Source: a virus. Taken from it: a stretch of 64,000 nucleotides of DNA. Every line of letters begins with the position of its first letter. Position 1 is the stretch's first letter. Below, in pieces: positions 18,342-28,248 of this stretch. Location: IMG/VR virus record IMGVR_UViG_3300025645_004731, positions 1 to 64,000 of that record; one strand, 5' to 3'. Under the pieces are notes generated by a model. The model saw nothing but the letters and a program-made list of their open reading frames with translations, was not told the origin of the DNA and ran no database searches. The translations under genes and the position numbers were made by a program.

Positions 18342-21300
18342 TTAATCGTAATAGACAAATTCGCCTGTTGTTGGATTGTATGCTACTTGCTTAAATCCTG
18401 CTGGCAGACCGCCGCCCAATACACTTCTAACTGGTTTAACTACAAAGGTATCAGCTACGATGTTTTCTAACGCGGTGCCACTTGCGTTTAATATAATCGA
18501 ATTTGCTGCTTGCGGATTTAATCCGCCTGAAAGCGCACCAATTGCTATAGAGTTTGTGCCTTGTCCATCTGTTGCAGCAGTTACCCCAATCGCTATTGCG
18601 TTGTCACCTTGAGTTGTTTCACCAGCGCCGCCGCCAATTGCTATTGCGAAGTCACCCTGATCGATGCTGCCTGCTGTCTCGCCAAGTGCTACTGCGCTTA
18701 TGCCTTGAGTTGTTCTGCCTGCTTTATTACCAATTGCTACTGACTCATTACCTTGACCAAAACCGCCTGCTAGATTACCAATTGCTACCGAGTCAACACC
18801 TTGATCAAGAGTGCCTGATTGTACTCCAATTGCTATTGATCTTTCTTGCTGCGGCGCTTTACCGTTTGTAAATGTCAGTTCAGTACCGATTGGTACTGAA
18901 AAGTCAGGGCCGCTAGACATAAATATTATCCCTGTATTCAACACTGTGTTGACCGTCTGACCACTGAGGTAACCTGCACTAGTTACTACCGCTCCTGGAT
19001 AGATTCCTGCTGTGGAGTCAACAATAATATTAGTAGTACCGATATCAATACGTGTTATCGTCGTTGCAGTAGTCACAGCGGCTAAGCCATTACCGGCAAA
19101 TCTGCCGATGGCAATAGATTCTGTGCTTTGCATGACTTCGCCCGCCTGACTACCAAGTGCTACTGCGTATGTGCCTTGGGTATCATTGCCAGCCATGCCT
19201 CCGATTGCGACAGACATAAATCCTTGGTCCGTCTTTCCTGATTTACTTCCTATAGCAACACCAGCCGAGCCCTGCTTATTGCGGCCCGCCTGGCTGCCTA
19301 ATGCGACTGTTGATGACCCTTGATCTAACCAGCCTGCTTGATTGCCAACTGCTATTGCAAGTGTGCTTTGCGTTGTTTCGCCAGCCTCAAAACCAATTGC
19401 TACTGCCTTGTCCTTTTGAGTTGTTTTGCCTGCTTTATTACCAATTGCTACTGAGCTAACACCTTGTCCATTGAAAAAAGAGTGATTGTCACCCTGAACT
19501 GGGGCAATGTCCGCGCCCGCGGACATTACAACATCGTGAGTTGTTATATTAGTAAATGTAATTTCTCCAAATGGCTCGGGAGCAGAGGGGGCAGACAATG
19601 TTACTGAGGTAGCACTGTCCACCCTAATAACAGTCGAACCGCCACCATCGACAAACCCCGGACCGGTGACGGTCGCGCCTACTTCAATTCCTGCTGTGGA
19701 TACTACATTCATCTGATTATCAAAAGTTCTATTGACGAAATCTGTAACCACAATCGTTCCGAGGTTGCGTGTGGAAGATATAACATATTGACCACTAGTG
19801 AATGCCGGCGAAATGATTATCATTCCGGGAATAATATTTGCATCGCGACTGCCGGTGTAAGTTATCGCGGCATTCAATCCGCCGGACTCGAATTCTAAGA
19901 TGAGTGAAGTCCCCACATACCCGGCTTGGAAGCCAAGTGATATTGCGTACTCCGATTGTCTATAAAATCCAGCCACATATCCAATCGCTATTGCAGATGT
20001 CTCTTGCGAAGTTCCTCCAGCGATAGCACCTATTGCTATTGCCCTGTCGCCTTGGTACTGTACGCCGGCTGAGTTACCAATTGCTATTGCTGATAAGCCT
20101 TGTGTGTCATTACCTGCCAGCTGCCCAATTGCTGTCGCGTCGGCGCCTTGATTTACACTGCCCGCGTTTTTTCCAACGGCGATGTTTACTGGACCGTTAG
20201 CATTATTAATGTCCGTGATTTCTGCCCAAGTGACACCGCCCGCACCGCCATCTGCTCCATCTGCACCATCATTGCCCGCTGGTCCTTGAATAGATCCGCC
20301 ATCAACCCAAATAGCGCCATCCCATACATGAAGACTATCGTCTAGTTGTACAATATAAGCATCGCCTTTGGTGTTGGGTCCTGCTGGCAAATTGCCAGCA
20401 ATATCTACATTACCCTTGAGTGTGATACTTGATCCGTCTGTGCCGTCAGTTCCATCCACGCCTGATTCGCCTTGAATGCCCTGAATGCCCTGTGTGCCAT
20501 TGGTTCCGTTAGTGCCATTGGTTCCGTCTGTTCCTGCTGCGCCTGTTTCGCCTTGAATGCCTTGAATGCCTTGCGCGCCATTGGTTCCGTTAGTGCCATT
20601 GGTTCCATCTACGCCATCTACGCCATCTACGCCGTTAGTGCCATTGGTTCCACTACCACCGACTGGACCCTGTACGCCCTGTACTCCCGTAATGCCCTGT
20701 GGTCCTTGAATAGGACCTCCACTTACCCAAGCATTGCCATCCCATACATTAAGACTATCATCTTCTTGTACTAGATACGCATCGCCCTGTACCAGGGTCC
20801 CTGGCGGAAGTGCTTCAAGTTCCACAAAAGTAGGCATTTCGCCGAGGAATGTAATACCTAATCCAGCTGCGCCCTGGATGCCCTGGATGCCCTGGATGCC
20901 CTGTGTGCCAGTATCGCCATCTACGCCATCTACGCCATTAGTGCCATCTACGCCATCTGTGCCGTTAGTGCCATTGATTCCATTAGTTCCATCTGCGCCT
21001 GCTGCGCCAGTATCGCCATTAGTTCCGTTAGTGCCATCTATGCCATCTACACCATCTACGCCTGCTGCGCCTGTTTCGCCCTGAATGCCCTGAATGCCTT
21101 GTGCGCCATTAGTGCCATTTACGCCATCTACGCCATCTACGCCATTAGTGCCATCTACGCCATCTATGCCATTGGTTCCGTTAGTGCCGTCAGTGCCATC
21201 TGCGCCTGCTGGGCCTGTTTCGCCATTGGTTCCGTCTGTGCCATCTGCGCCTGTTTCGCCTTGGATGCCCTGTCTGCCTTGTGCGCCTGTTTCTCCCTGA

Positions 21301-22592
21301 ATGCCTTGAATTCCCTGTGCGCCTGTTTCGCCCTGAATGCCTGTTTCGCCCTGGATGCCTTGTGTGCCATCTATGCCATCGGTTCCGTCTGCGCCTGTTT
21401 CGCCCTGGATGCCCTGAATGCCCTGAATGCCTTGTGCGCCATTAGTGCCATCTACACCATCTACGCCTGCTGGGCCTGTTTCGCCCTGAATGCCTTGTGC
21501 GCCATTAGTGCCATTTACGCCATCTACGCCATCTACGCCATTAGTGCCATCTACGCCATCTATGCCATTGGTTCCATTAGTGCCATTATCGCCAACAGGA
21601 CCCGGTACGCCCTGTACTCCCGTAATGCCCTGTGGACCCTGAATAGGACCTCCACTTACCCAAGCAGCACCGTCCCATACATTAAGACTATCATCTTCTT
21701 GTACTAGATACGCATCGCCCTGTACCAGTGTTCCTGTCGGAAGTGCTTCTAGTGCCACAAAAGTAGCTATTTCGCCGTAGAATGTAATACCTAATCCGGC
21801 TGCGCCCTGGATGCCCTGGATGCCCTGGATGCCTTGTGGTCCAGTATCGCCATCTACGCCATCTATGCCATTAGTGCCATCTACGCCATCTGCGCCGTTA
21901 GTTCCATTAGTGCCGTTGAGTCCATTAGTTCCGTCTGCGCCAGGAAGACCAGCAGCGCCATTAGCGCCATCTACGCCATTGGTTCCATCTACGCCTGCTG
22001 GGCCTGTTTCGCCCTGAATGCCTTGAATGCCCTGAATGCCTTGAATGCCATTTACGCCATCTATGCCATTGGTTCCGTTAGTGCCAGGAAGACCAGCATC
22101 GCCATTGGCGCCATCTATGCCATCTACGCCATCTGTGCCTGGCACGCCTTGAATGCCTTGAATGCCCTGAATGCCTTGAATGCCCTGAATTCCATCTGCG
22201 CCATCTGTGCCATCTTCGCCTGCTGGTCCTTGAATAGGACCGCCATCAACCCATTCAGTTCCTGACCAGATATGTAAACTATCATCTGCTTGTACAATAT
22301 AAGCATCGCCTTGAGTATTGTCTGCCACTGGCAAATCACCAACTTCGGCTACGTTGCCTACCAGAATAATGCCAAATCCAGCTGGTCCCTGTGGACCCGG
22401 TTCGCCTTGTGGACCCTGTTCGCCAGCACCGCCGCCACCGCCGCCTGTTATTATTTCTGCGCCGCCCGCAGTTACTCCGTCACTTACTTTGAGTGTGTTT
22501 GTGACCGTATCGATCCAGACTTCGCCGTCTCTGCCGATGTATTGGTCACTTGCTACGTTTATATATTTGCTTACTAACTGTCTGGTGCTCAT
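18342..22592 (-). CDS. Collagen-repeat fibre protein with YadA-like head repeats
   Basis: Long Gly-X-Y tracts broken by four GDAY(I/L)VQ.DDSL..W.G..WV.GG domains; AIAIG repeats; 1416 aa. Confidence 0.85.
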   Translation of the reverse strand: MSTRQLVSKYINVASDQYIGRDGEVWIDTVTNTLKVSDGVTAGGAEIITGGGGGGAGEQGPQGEPGPQGPAGFGIILVGNVAEVGDLPVADNTQGDAYIVQADDSLHIWSGTEWVDGGPIQGPAGEDGTDGADGIQGIQGIQGIQGIQGVPGTDGVDGIDGANGDAGLPGTNGTNGIDGVNGIQGIQGIQGIQGETGPAGVDGTNGVDGANGAAGLPGADGTNGLNGTNGTNGADGVDGTNGIDGVDGDTGPQGIQGIQGIQGAAGLGITFYGEIATFVALEALPTGTLVQGDAYLVQEDDSLNVWDGAAWVSGGPIQGPQGITGVQGVPGPVGDNGTNGTNGIDGVDGTNGVDGVDGVNGTNGAQGIQGETGPAGVDGVDGTNGAQGIQGIQGIQGETGADGTDGIDGTQGIQGETGIQGETGAQGIQGIQGETGAQGRQGIQGETGADGTDGTNGETGPAGADGTDGTNGTNGIDGVDGTNGVDGVDGVNGTNGAQGIQGIQGETGAAGVDGVDGIDGTNGTNGDTGAAGADGTNGINGTNGTDGVDGTNGVDGVDGDTGTQGIQGIQGIQGAAGLGITFLGEMPTFVELEALPPGTLVQGDAYLVQEDDSLNVWDGNAWVSGGPIQGPQGITGVQGVQGPVGGSGTNGTNGVDGVDGVDGTNGTNGTNGAQGIQGIQGETGAAGTDGTNGTNGTNGTQGIQGIQGESGVDGTDGTDGSSITLKGNVDIAGNLPAGPNTKGDAYIVQLDDSLHVWDGAIWVDGGSIQGPAGNDGADGADGGAGGVTWAEITDINNANGPVNIAVGKNAGSVNQGADATAIGQLAGNDTQGLSAIAIGNSAGVQYQGDRAIAIGAIAGGTSQETSAIAIGYVAGFYRQSEYAISLGFQAGYVGTSLILEFESGGLNAAITYTGSRDANIIPGMIIISPAFTSGQYVISSTRNLGTIVVTDFVNRTFDNQMNVVSTAGIEVGATVTGPGFVDGGGSTVIRVDSATSVTLSAPSAPEPFGEITFTNITTHDVVMSAGADIAPVQGDNHSFFNGQGVSSVAIGNKAGKTTQKDKAVAIGFEAGETTQSTLAIAVGNQAGWLDQGSSTVALGSQAGRNKQGSAGVAIGSKSGKTDQGFMSVAIGGMAGNDTQGTYAVALGSQAGEVMQSTESIAIGRFAGNGLAAVTTATTITRIDIGTTNIIVDSTAGIYPGAVVTSAGYLSGQTVNTVLNTGIIFMSSGPDFSVPIGTELTFTNGKAPQQERSIAIGVQSGTLDQGVDSVAIGNLAGGFGQGNESVAIGNKAGRTTQGISAVALGETAGSIDQGDFAIAIGGGAGETTQGDNAIAIGVTAATDGQGTNSIAIGALSGGLNPQAANSIILNASGTALENIVADTFVVKPVRSVLGGGLPAGFKQVAYNPTTGEFVYYD
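20650..21930 (-). repeat. Near-identical internal duplication in the fibre gene (933-nt offset) plus 9-nt collagen microrepeats
   Basis: cccatacattaagactatcatcttcttgtactagatacgcatcgccctgtaccag at 20741 and 21674. Confidence 0.85.
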
Positions 22593-22622
22593 TGTTATTT
22601 CTCCTACGAAACTATCTGATTG

Positions 22623-22630
22623 TATTTATA
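22623..22630 (-). promoter_or_regulatory. T4-type late promoter TATAAATA
   Basis: Perfect match 30 nt upstream of the fibre gene. Confidence 0.7.
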
Positions 22631-22654
22631 TATTCTGCTTATAAAATTATTGTG

Positions 22655-23014
22655 TTATAGATTAGATTCCATGTGATCTATCCATATATCAACATCACTA
22701 CCGTAAAGCTTGAACAATACACGATCTTCCTGTCCGAATAGCACAAGTTTCGTTTTGTCTATATAGTATGGATATTTGTTATATTTGTCCATTAGAATTC
22801 TGAGCTTGGGTGTAAATTTTATAGTATCTTTATCAAACATATAAATGTCGCATTCAAAGTCCATAAGATGCATAGCAGAAAGGCCCAACTTAGATAAGTT
22901 GAGCCCTTTACCATTACGGTAGTTTTTGAATAGATCCCGTACCTTTACATTCCGATAGTGTAGGTTTTCTTGCGCAAATTTCTGTATTTCAAGATAAAAG
23001 GCTGGTATCGTCAT
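22655..23014 (-). CDS. Hypothetical phage protein
   Basis: 119-aa ORF overlapping the upstream gene. Confidence 0.7.
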   Translation of the reverse strand: MTIPAFYLEIQKFAQENLHYRNVKVRDLFKNYRNGKGLNLSKLGLSAMHLMDFECDIYMFDKDTIKFTPKLRILMDKYNKYPYYIDKTKLVLFGQEDRVLFKLYGSDVDIWIDHMESNL

Positions 23015-23303
23015 CGTCTTCTTTTACTATTTCGCCCTGTGTTAGTTTCACTACCTCAAACTTGTTTGTCTTAAACATTTTGTTTAATCGCTGTGCTAAA
23101 TTAAAAGCGTGACCGCTATTACTAAAACTAACCTTCTTATATTTCGGACCAGGATAGTTTACCAGACTGTTCAGACTGCGCAAGTTAATTGGCGCTCCAT
23201 CATGAAACACCGCATAAATCGCACCTGCCTTTAGTATCTGCTCACTACGATAACTCTTAGGATCAGTGAATTCCATTAATATTTTTGGTTTGGGTCTGGA
23301 CAT
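22989..23303 (-). CDS. Hypothetical phage protein
   Basis: MSRPKP...PKYKKVSFSNSGHA; CTAAATA upstream. Confidence 0.75.
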   Translation of the reverse strand: MSRPKPKILMEFTDPKSYRSEQILKAGAIYAVFHDGAPINLRSLNSLVNYPGPKYKKVSFSNSGHAFNLAQRLNKMFKTNKFEVVKLTQGEIVKEDDDDTSLLS

Positions 23304-23361
23304 ATTATATAATTCTCTACTACTTTAACTCTATTGTATTTAGTCAAAATAGCATAAATAG

Positions 23362-23369
23362 TATAAATA
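23362..23369 (+). promoter_or_regulatory. Late promoter TATAAATA
   Basis: Perfect match just before ATG 23375. Confidence 0.55.
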
Positions 23370-23374
23370 ATATT

Positions 23375-23821
23375 ATGGCAAGATCATTTACAAAAATGGG
23401 CAGAGACATTATGATATCTCATGCGGCATTGGTCCACAATGTGGTAATACCAGTTGAGACTAAATATCGACAGATATTAATCCAAGTCATAAAGATGCGT
23501 CCAGTCTTCGATGACAATGACCAAAGTAAATGGGTTGGCAACCATACGATTAAATACACGGATATTAATCATATTGGTAGGGATCTCCAGGTCGACGCCG
23601 TCGATAGTTATTTGTGGTCTATGAACGCATATAAGCCAGAAAAGCAAGGCCAAATCAGCAAATGGTTAACGATAAATTGTCCGCAACTGTTTCCTGACCA
23701 TTGCTTTAGTCATGGACCAGATGAATCTAACAGAGAATACTGGCTCACAGTATCTGGTGAGAAAGTTAATGTCCAATGGGTAATGTTCGCTCCAGAACGG
23801 GACGAAGGACCAACAAAATGA
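23375..23821 (+). CDS. Hypothetical protein
   Basis: Fills the gap between minus-strand genes; start reassigned to 23375. Confidence 0.6.
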   Translation: MARSFTKMGRDIMISHAALVHNVVIPVETKYRQILIQVIKMRPVFDDNDQSKWVGNHTIKYTDINHIGRDLQVDAVDSYLWSMNAYKPEKQGQISKWLTINCPQLFPDHCFSHGPDESNREYWLTVSGEKVNVQWVMFAPERDEGPTK

Positions 23822-24076
23822 TTAAACAATCTCGACTGTGGTCACATTCTCCACACGAAAACTGCGCCATCCCTGTGCTTTGGTATCCCACACACTAACT
23901 ACTTCTTCGTTGATCTCTCGAACCTTCTTTTCACTCACCTGGTCATCTTCTTTGACCTGAGGTAAGTGTGATTCATTTAGTGTACAGTCCATAATTCGTA
24001 CATCGCCGTTGATTTTGGTAAATGTTACTTGCGCGACATTTTCCTTTAGTACTGTTATGATTTCTTCTCTGGTCAT
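23822..24076 (-). CDS. Small SH3-like/WYL-like phage protein (DUF2693-like)
   Basis: VTFTKINGDVRIMDCTL...WD...GWRSFR. Confidence 0.75.
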   Translation of the reverse strand: MTREEIITVLKENVAQVTFTKINGDVRIMDCTLNESHLPQVKEDDQVSEKKVREINEEVVSVWDTKAQGWRSFRVENVTTVEIV

Positions 24077-24077
24077 T

Positions 24078-25070
24078 TTAATTCCTATTTCCATAAGTTG
24101 CGTTTAGATATTGTGCGTGTGTTTCGGCGTTAGTGCTGATACGGGCTAGATCATGCTTGCCACAGAAGCGCAGAAAGTGTACGCCTACACTAGATGTTGG
24201 CTCTTTCTGTACCTGTGTAGTGATACTTTCATCAAGCGCCGTCTTGATATCATCTGGCTGTAGTGTAAGATCGATAAGTGTTTTATTACGATTGTAATCA
24301 TCTAGTACACGATGCTCAACACCTTCGTGATCAGTCCACCGCTGTAGCATAAAGTTATTCCAATCAAAGCCTTTACTATCTTTGTCAGCATATGCCTCAA
24401 GTAAGCCTACTTTACTCTTGGAGCCTTTCTTACGAACACCTGGATAAGCACTGAATACATTATCGGCACTATCACCACGAACACATTTCTCAAACAATAC
24501 CCAGTTAGGATCACCGATATGCTTTTGGATCTTAGTCTTCTTATCAATGACGGGCTTGCCCTTATCATTGAATGTGCCATTAACCGTGTGATGTTCGTTA
24601 CTAATGCCGTTGTATTGTGATACAGTAGGGCTTAGTAGCTGATAAAAGTCACTGTCGCTGCTGATAATAACATGATTATCATTGGGATGATTCTGGATCC
24701 AACGACCAATAAAGTCATCGGCTTCACAGTTCTTATGCTGTAGCGTTGTACAGTTGGTACGCTTTTCAATAAAGGTACGCAGTTCATCAAAGGCAGCAAA
24801 GTACTGCTGATCTTCTTCTTTGTCTTTGGGACTAAGAGCCGCGCGCTTTTCTGTGCGATTTGCTTTATACGGTGTATAAAAGTCCTTGCGCCACGAACGA
24901 CCTTCAAAGCAAAACACTACATGAGCGCCATCAAAGTCACGCCATGCTTTGTTAATGGCGCCAAACATAATCGAATATGCCATGCCAATTTTGGTTTCAA
25001 TGTCATCACCACGTACCACGTGTCGAGCACGATAAAACATGTTGAGAGTGTCTACTAGAATATAAGTCAT
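24078..25070 (-). CDS. rnh: T4 RNase H-like 5'-3' exonuclease
   Basis: LVDTLN, YKANR, EADD, SSDSDF, GDSADN. Confidence 0.88.
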   Translation of the reverse strand: MTYILVDTLNMFYRARHVVRGDDIETKIGMAYSIMFGAINKAWRDFDGAHVVFCFEGRSWRKDFYTPYKANRTEKRAALSPKDKEEDQQYFAAFDELRTFIEKRTNCTTLQHKNCEADDFIGRWIQNHPNDNHVIISSDSDFYQLLSPTVSQYNGISNEHHTVNGTFNDKGKPVIDKKTKIQKHIGDPNWVLFEKCVRGDSADNVFSAYPGVRKKGSKSKVGLLEAYADKDSKGFDWNNFMLQRWTDHEGVEHRVLDDYNRNKTLIDLTLQPDDIKTALDESITTQVQKEPTSSVGVHFLRFCGKHDLARISTNAETHAQYLNATYGNRN

Positions 25071-25101
25071 TAAGTGTCCTTGTGTTATTGTTCTGTATAT
25101 A

Positions 25102-25130
25102 ATTCTAGCACATCCCTGAGGCTATGTCAA
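25102..25130 (-). promoter_or_regulatory. sigma70-type promoter
   Basis: TTGACA-17 nt-TAGAAT. Confidence 0.75.
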
Positions 25131-25153
25131 GAGTTATTTTTGATTTATAGGGG

Positions 25154-25227
25154 ATAAATAAAGATGAATGTAGTTCGCGGTGCGTCAACACCCAACTACT
25201 CTAATGCTTACTAAAGGAGCAATCAGC
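25154..25227 (+). promoter_or_regulatory. Late-type promoter plus structured 5' leader of homing endonuclease 1
   Basis: ATAAATA; hairpin GTAGTT-cgc-GGTG-cgtcaa-CACC-c-AACTAC; second hairpin TGCTT/GAGCA overlapping AAGGAG. Confidence 0.55.
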
Positions 25228-25872
25228 ATGAATATTTATCCCTCTTATACCTATCATATTTCCTGGACAGAACAGGACAAACACTATTATGGTGTTCGTG
25301 TAGCGAATCAATGTCAGCCAGAAAAGGACTTATGGATAGAGTATCATACTTCCTCCAATATTGTCAAGTCATTTCGTGAAGAATACGGCGAGCCAGATAT
25401 CATACGTATAGACAAGACGTTCGACACTCGTGAGGCAGCAGGCGAATATGAGATTCGATTCCTGACAGAGAATGGGTGTGTTATGTCATCGAAATGGCTG
25501 AATATGGCAGCCTGGCCGCTGATTGATAGTCGCGGTAAAAATAACGGCATGTATGGAAAAACTCATTCCGAAGAAGCCAAAAGAAAACAGGCCGAGGCTA
25601 GTAAGGGAGAAAATCATCCTATGTATGGAAAAACTCGTTCCGAAGAAACCAGAAAAAAACATTCTGAGTCGATAAAGGGAGAAAATAACGGCATGTATGG
25701 AAAAACTCATTCCGAAGAAGCCAAAAGAAAAATATCTGAGTCGAAGAAGGGCAAACCACAAGAAAAAGTTACATGCCCCCACTGTAAGAAGGTAGGTGGT
25801 ATTACCGTTATGAAAAGATGGCACTTCGATAACTGTAAGAAAAAGTCAATCATTATTACACGAATTATGTAG
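25228..25872 (+). mobile_element. Free-standing GIY-YIG-like homing endonuclease with NUMOD3 repeats (copy 1)
   Basis: YTY...HYYGVR, repeated [14 protein letters not shown]-terminal CPHC; opposite strand to neighbours. Confidence 0.85.
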
Positions 25873-25876
25873 TTTG

Positions 25877-27232
25877 TCAATAGTCCATATTCTTGTCTAC
25901 TGAGAAGACTTTAATGTCAGCCCGCGCCGCAACAAACTGATACAGCGTTCTTACACCAAATCCTGTCGCACCTTTTGGACATGTTGATTTACTACCTTCT
26001 TCCCATGCCATACCGGCGATATCAAGGTGGGCCCATGCTGTATTACTATCTACGAACCGATACAGAAATTCTGCTGCGGTCGTTGATCCGCCATACGGTC
26101 CACCGATATTCTGCATATCAGCGATATCTGAATCAATCATTTTATTCCAGACTGGACCCATTGGCATACGGAAGTAACCTTCGCCACTTTCTTTGCCTGA
26201 TGCTTCGATTGCCTGTTGCAGAGGTGTAGAGTTAGTAAACAAACCAGCCATTTCGTGACCGAGTGTTCCGACAATTGCGCCGGTTAATGTGGCTAGGTCA
26301 ATAATGGTATCTGGATTATATTGATTCTGGACTAGTGTGAGAATGTCCGCTAATACCAATCTACCTTCAGCATCGGTGTTGAGATTTTCAACAGTCTTGC
26401 CACTTAATGAGGTAACAACATCGCCTGGTTTAATTGATTTACCATCTGGCATATTCTCTACTAAGCCTACAATGCCCACGACATTCTGTTTAATTTGTTG
26501 TGATGCGATAGCATGTAACGCGCCGACAACCGCCGCACTACCACCCATGTCGAATTTCATATCACCCATGCCACGAGATGGCTTGATACTAATACCACCA
26601 GTATCAAATGTAACACCTTTGCCAACTAAGGCAACAGGACGATCATTGGGTTTACCATTCATGTATTCCATTACGACAACATAACTGTCGCATTCTGAAC
26701 CTTGACCTACACTTAGTAGTAGATTAAGTCCCATCTCACGGAGTTGTGTTTCATGATATACTTTTACATTTACTCCAAGACCGGCTAGTTTTCGAGAAAT
26801 ACGAGCAGCGTATGTTGTAGGATACAATACATTACCTGGCTCACTTACTAAATCACGAGCAAAAGCAATACTAGAAGCAATGCCAGCATCTTTGCCTACT
26901 TGTAGTTTAGAAATCTTGCCATCTGTTTTGTATTTGTCAAATGTATATGACGCCATAGCGGCGCCTTCATTTACTTCCGTGATGTGACCTAGGTCTTCGT
27001 CGAATTCAATCGATACTGCCCTGTCTTTGTATTTGGTATACATATCACCGCCGAGATCACGAGCCTCCTGAGATGTTTTTGGCTTGTCTTTAACTACCGT
27101 GATGTAATCATAATCTTTGTGTGCGAACGCAAGGTCTACACTTTTTTCCATATCTGTACTAGCACGGACAACCGCTGGTCCTAGTTTCTTTGCTTGCTTA
27201 GAATCGGCAAGCACGATGATTGATTTATTCAT
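25877..27232 (-). CDS. pepA: Leucyl aminopeptidase (M17)
   Basis: VGKGVTFDTGG, MKFDMGG, NTDAEGRL, HLDIAG. Confidence 0.95.
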   Translation of the reverse strand: MNKSIIVLADSKQAKKLGPAVVRASTDMEKSVDLAFAHKDYDYITVVKDKPKTSQEARDLGGDMYTKYKDRAVSIEFDEDLGHITEVNEGAAMASYTFDKYKTDGKISKLQVGKDAGIASSIAFARDLVSEPGNVLYPTTYAARISRKLAGLGVNVKVYHETQLREMGLNLLLSVGQGSECDSYVVVMEYMNGKPNDRPVALVGKGVTFDTGGISIKPSRGMGDMKFDMGGSAAVVGALHAIASQQIKQNVVGIVGLVENMPDGKSIKPGDVVTSLSGKTVENLNTDAEGRLVLADILTLVQNQYNPDTIIDLATLTGAIVGTLGHEMAGLFTNSTPLQQAIEASGKESGEGYFRMPMGPVWNKMIDSDIADMQNIGGPYGGSTTAAEFLYRFVDSNTAWAHLDIAGMAWEEGSKSTCPKGATGFGVRTLYQFVAARADIKVFSVDKNMDY

Positions 27233-27503
27233 TGATTAAATTGCTCCATGTTTTTAGTTTGTTTCTCTTTATATTCACTCTAGCGCCCAGTTCGTCATTT
27301 GTCAAGAGATTATGTTCTACCATTAGCTCAATCATACACAGGACATCGCCTGCTTCCTCGACTAGTTTATTATGCCACTTGTCGTCAATTTGATCTGAGG
27401 CATCGAACTTTCGTAAATGCTTCATACACACTTGTGTCAGTTCTCCGCATTCTTCTGCTGCAATAGCGACGAGTTGTTGGTATGTATTAATAGGACTGGT
27501 CAT
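27225..27503 (-). CDS. MazG-like NTP pyrophosphatase
   Basis: EECGEL...EEAGDV. Confidence 0.75.
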   Translation of the reverse strand: MTSPINTYQQLVAIAAEECGELTQVCMKHLRKFDASDQIDDKWHNKLVEEAGDVLCMIELMVEHNLLTNDELGARVNIKRNKLKTWSNLINE

Positions 27504-27506
27504 TTT

Positions 27507-27797
27507 TTATCTCCCATGGTATTGCCACATTACCGCGTTACATTTAGCATGAACAGCGCCCTCTGTCATATCGGTATCATGATTGTGCTGTAAATGTACT
27601 GAATTTCTAAGAAATCCTGGCGGAAATAGTTTTAAATTAATCTTTAATTTTTGAATATCATCGCGAGGTTTGTCGGCAAGTGGTTCGTGACACCAATAAC
27701 ATAGACCATGTTGCTCGGTGGTATATTGTTCTCTTACTTTTCTGCGCTGAGCAGATGTTATCTTACTGTAAGGCACTGGCAGAATATATTCTGTCAT
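27507..27797 (-). CDS. His-Me finger (Endo VII/HNH-like) small protein
   Basis: CYWC...HLQHNH...VHAKCN. Confidence 0.65.
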   Translation of the reverse strand: MTEYILPVPYSKITSAQRRKVREQYTTEQHGLCYWCHEPLADKPRDDIQKLKINLKLFPPGFLRNSVHLQHNHDTDMTEGAVHAKCNAVMWQYHGR

Positions 27798-28018
27798 TTT
27801 TTACCATCACTGATACTAGATCCAATTTGTTTCTTACTGCCACAGCTTTTACAGTATGCGATTCTCACAGTGAAATCGAATTCTCCCGAACTCACAATAA
27901 AGAAATCATTCTCTAATTTGAAATTCATGCAACAGTGCATAATACTCATTTTTGTATCCTCTTCGGCATATCTGCGGCGTATGTACGCATCGTATGGCTC
28001 CTGTGTTTCGATACTCAC
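27794..28018 (-). CDS. Hypothetical protein
   Basis: Overlapping junctions with neighbours; CKSC. Confidence 0.55.
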   Translation of the reverse strand: MSIETQEPYDAYIRRRYAEEDTKMSIMHCCMNFKLENDFFIVSSGEFDFTVRIAYCKSCGSKKQIGSSISDGKK

Positions 28019-28245
28019 AATAAGCTTCGTTTCTCATTGATTGCTTCTTGTAAATCAATAATTTGCTCATTTTCAATTAATCGGATAATAGTATTAGTAA
28101 CACCGATCTCTTGCTGTACCATTCCCAAGCGAAACATTAGTTTTTCTAGTTCTGCTTGGTAAAATTCTAATTCTTTTTCTTTAACAGCACGTTGCGCGTA
28201 TATATCGCTGATATCTATGATAAGTTTTGTACTATTTTCATTCAT
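28015..28245 (-). CDS. Hypothetical coiled-coil protein
   Basis: In operon. Confidence 0.65.
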   Translation of the reverse strand: MNENSTKLIIDISDIYAQRAVKEKELEFYQAELEKLMFRLGMVQQEIGVTNTIIRLIENEQIIDLQEAINEKRSLL

Positions 28246-28248
28246 AAT

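Noticed and set aside
18342-22592. Diversity-generating retroelement acting on the fibre
   Set aside because: No reverse transcriptase in the window; both repeat copies lie in coding sequence and the differences are not obviously adenine-specific.
20100-22644. Plus-strand ORFs with AIYAIY/MPWMPW/PSTP repeats
   Set aside because: Antisense shadows of the collagen 9-nt repeats; no RBS or independent signal.
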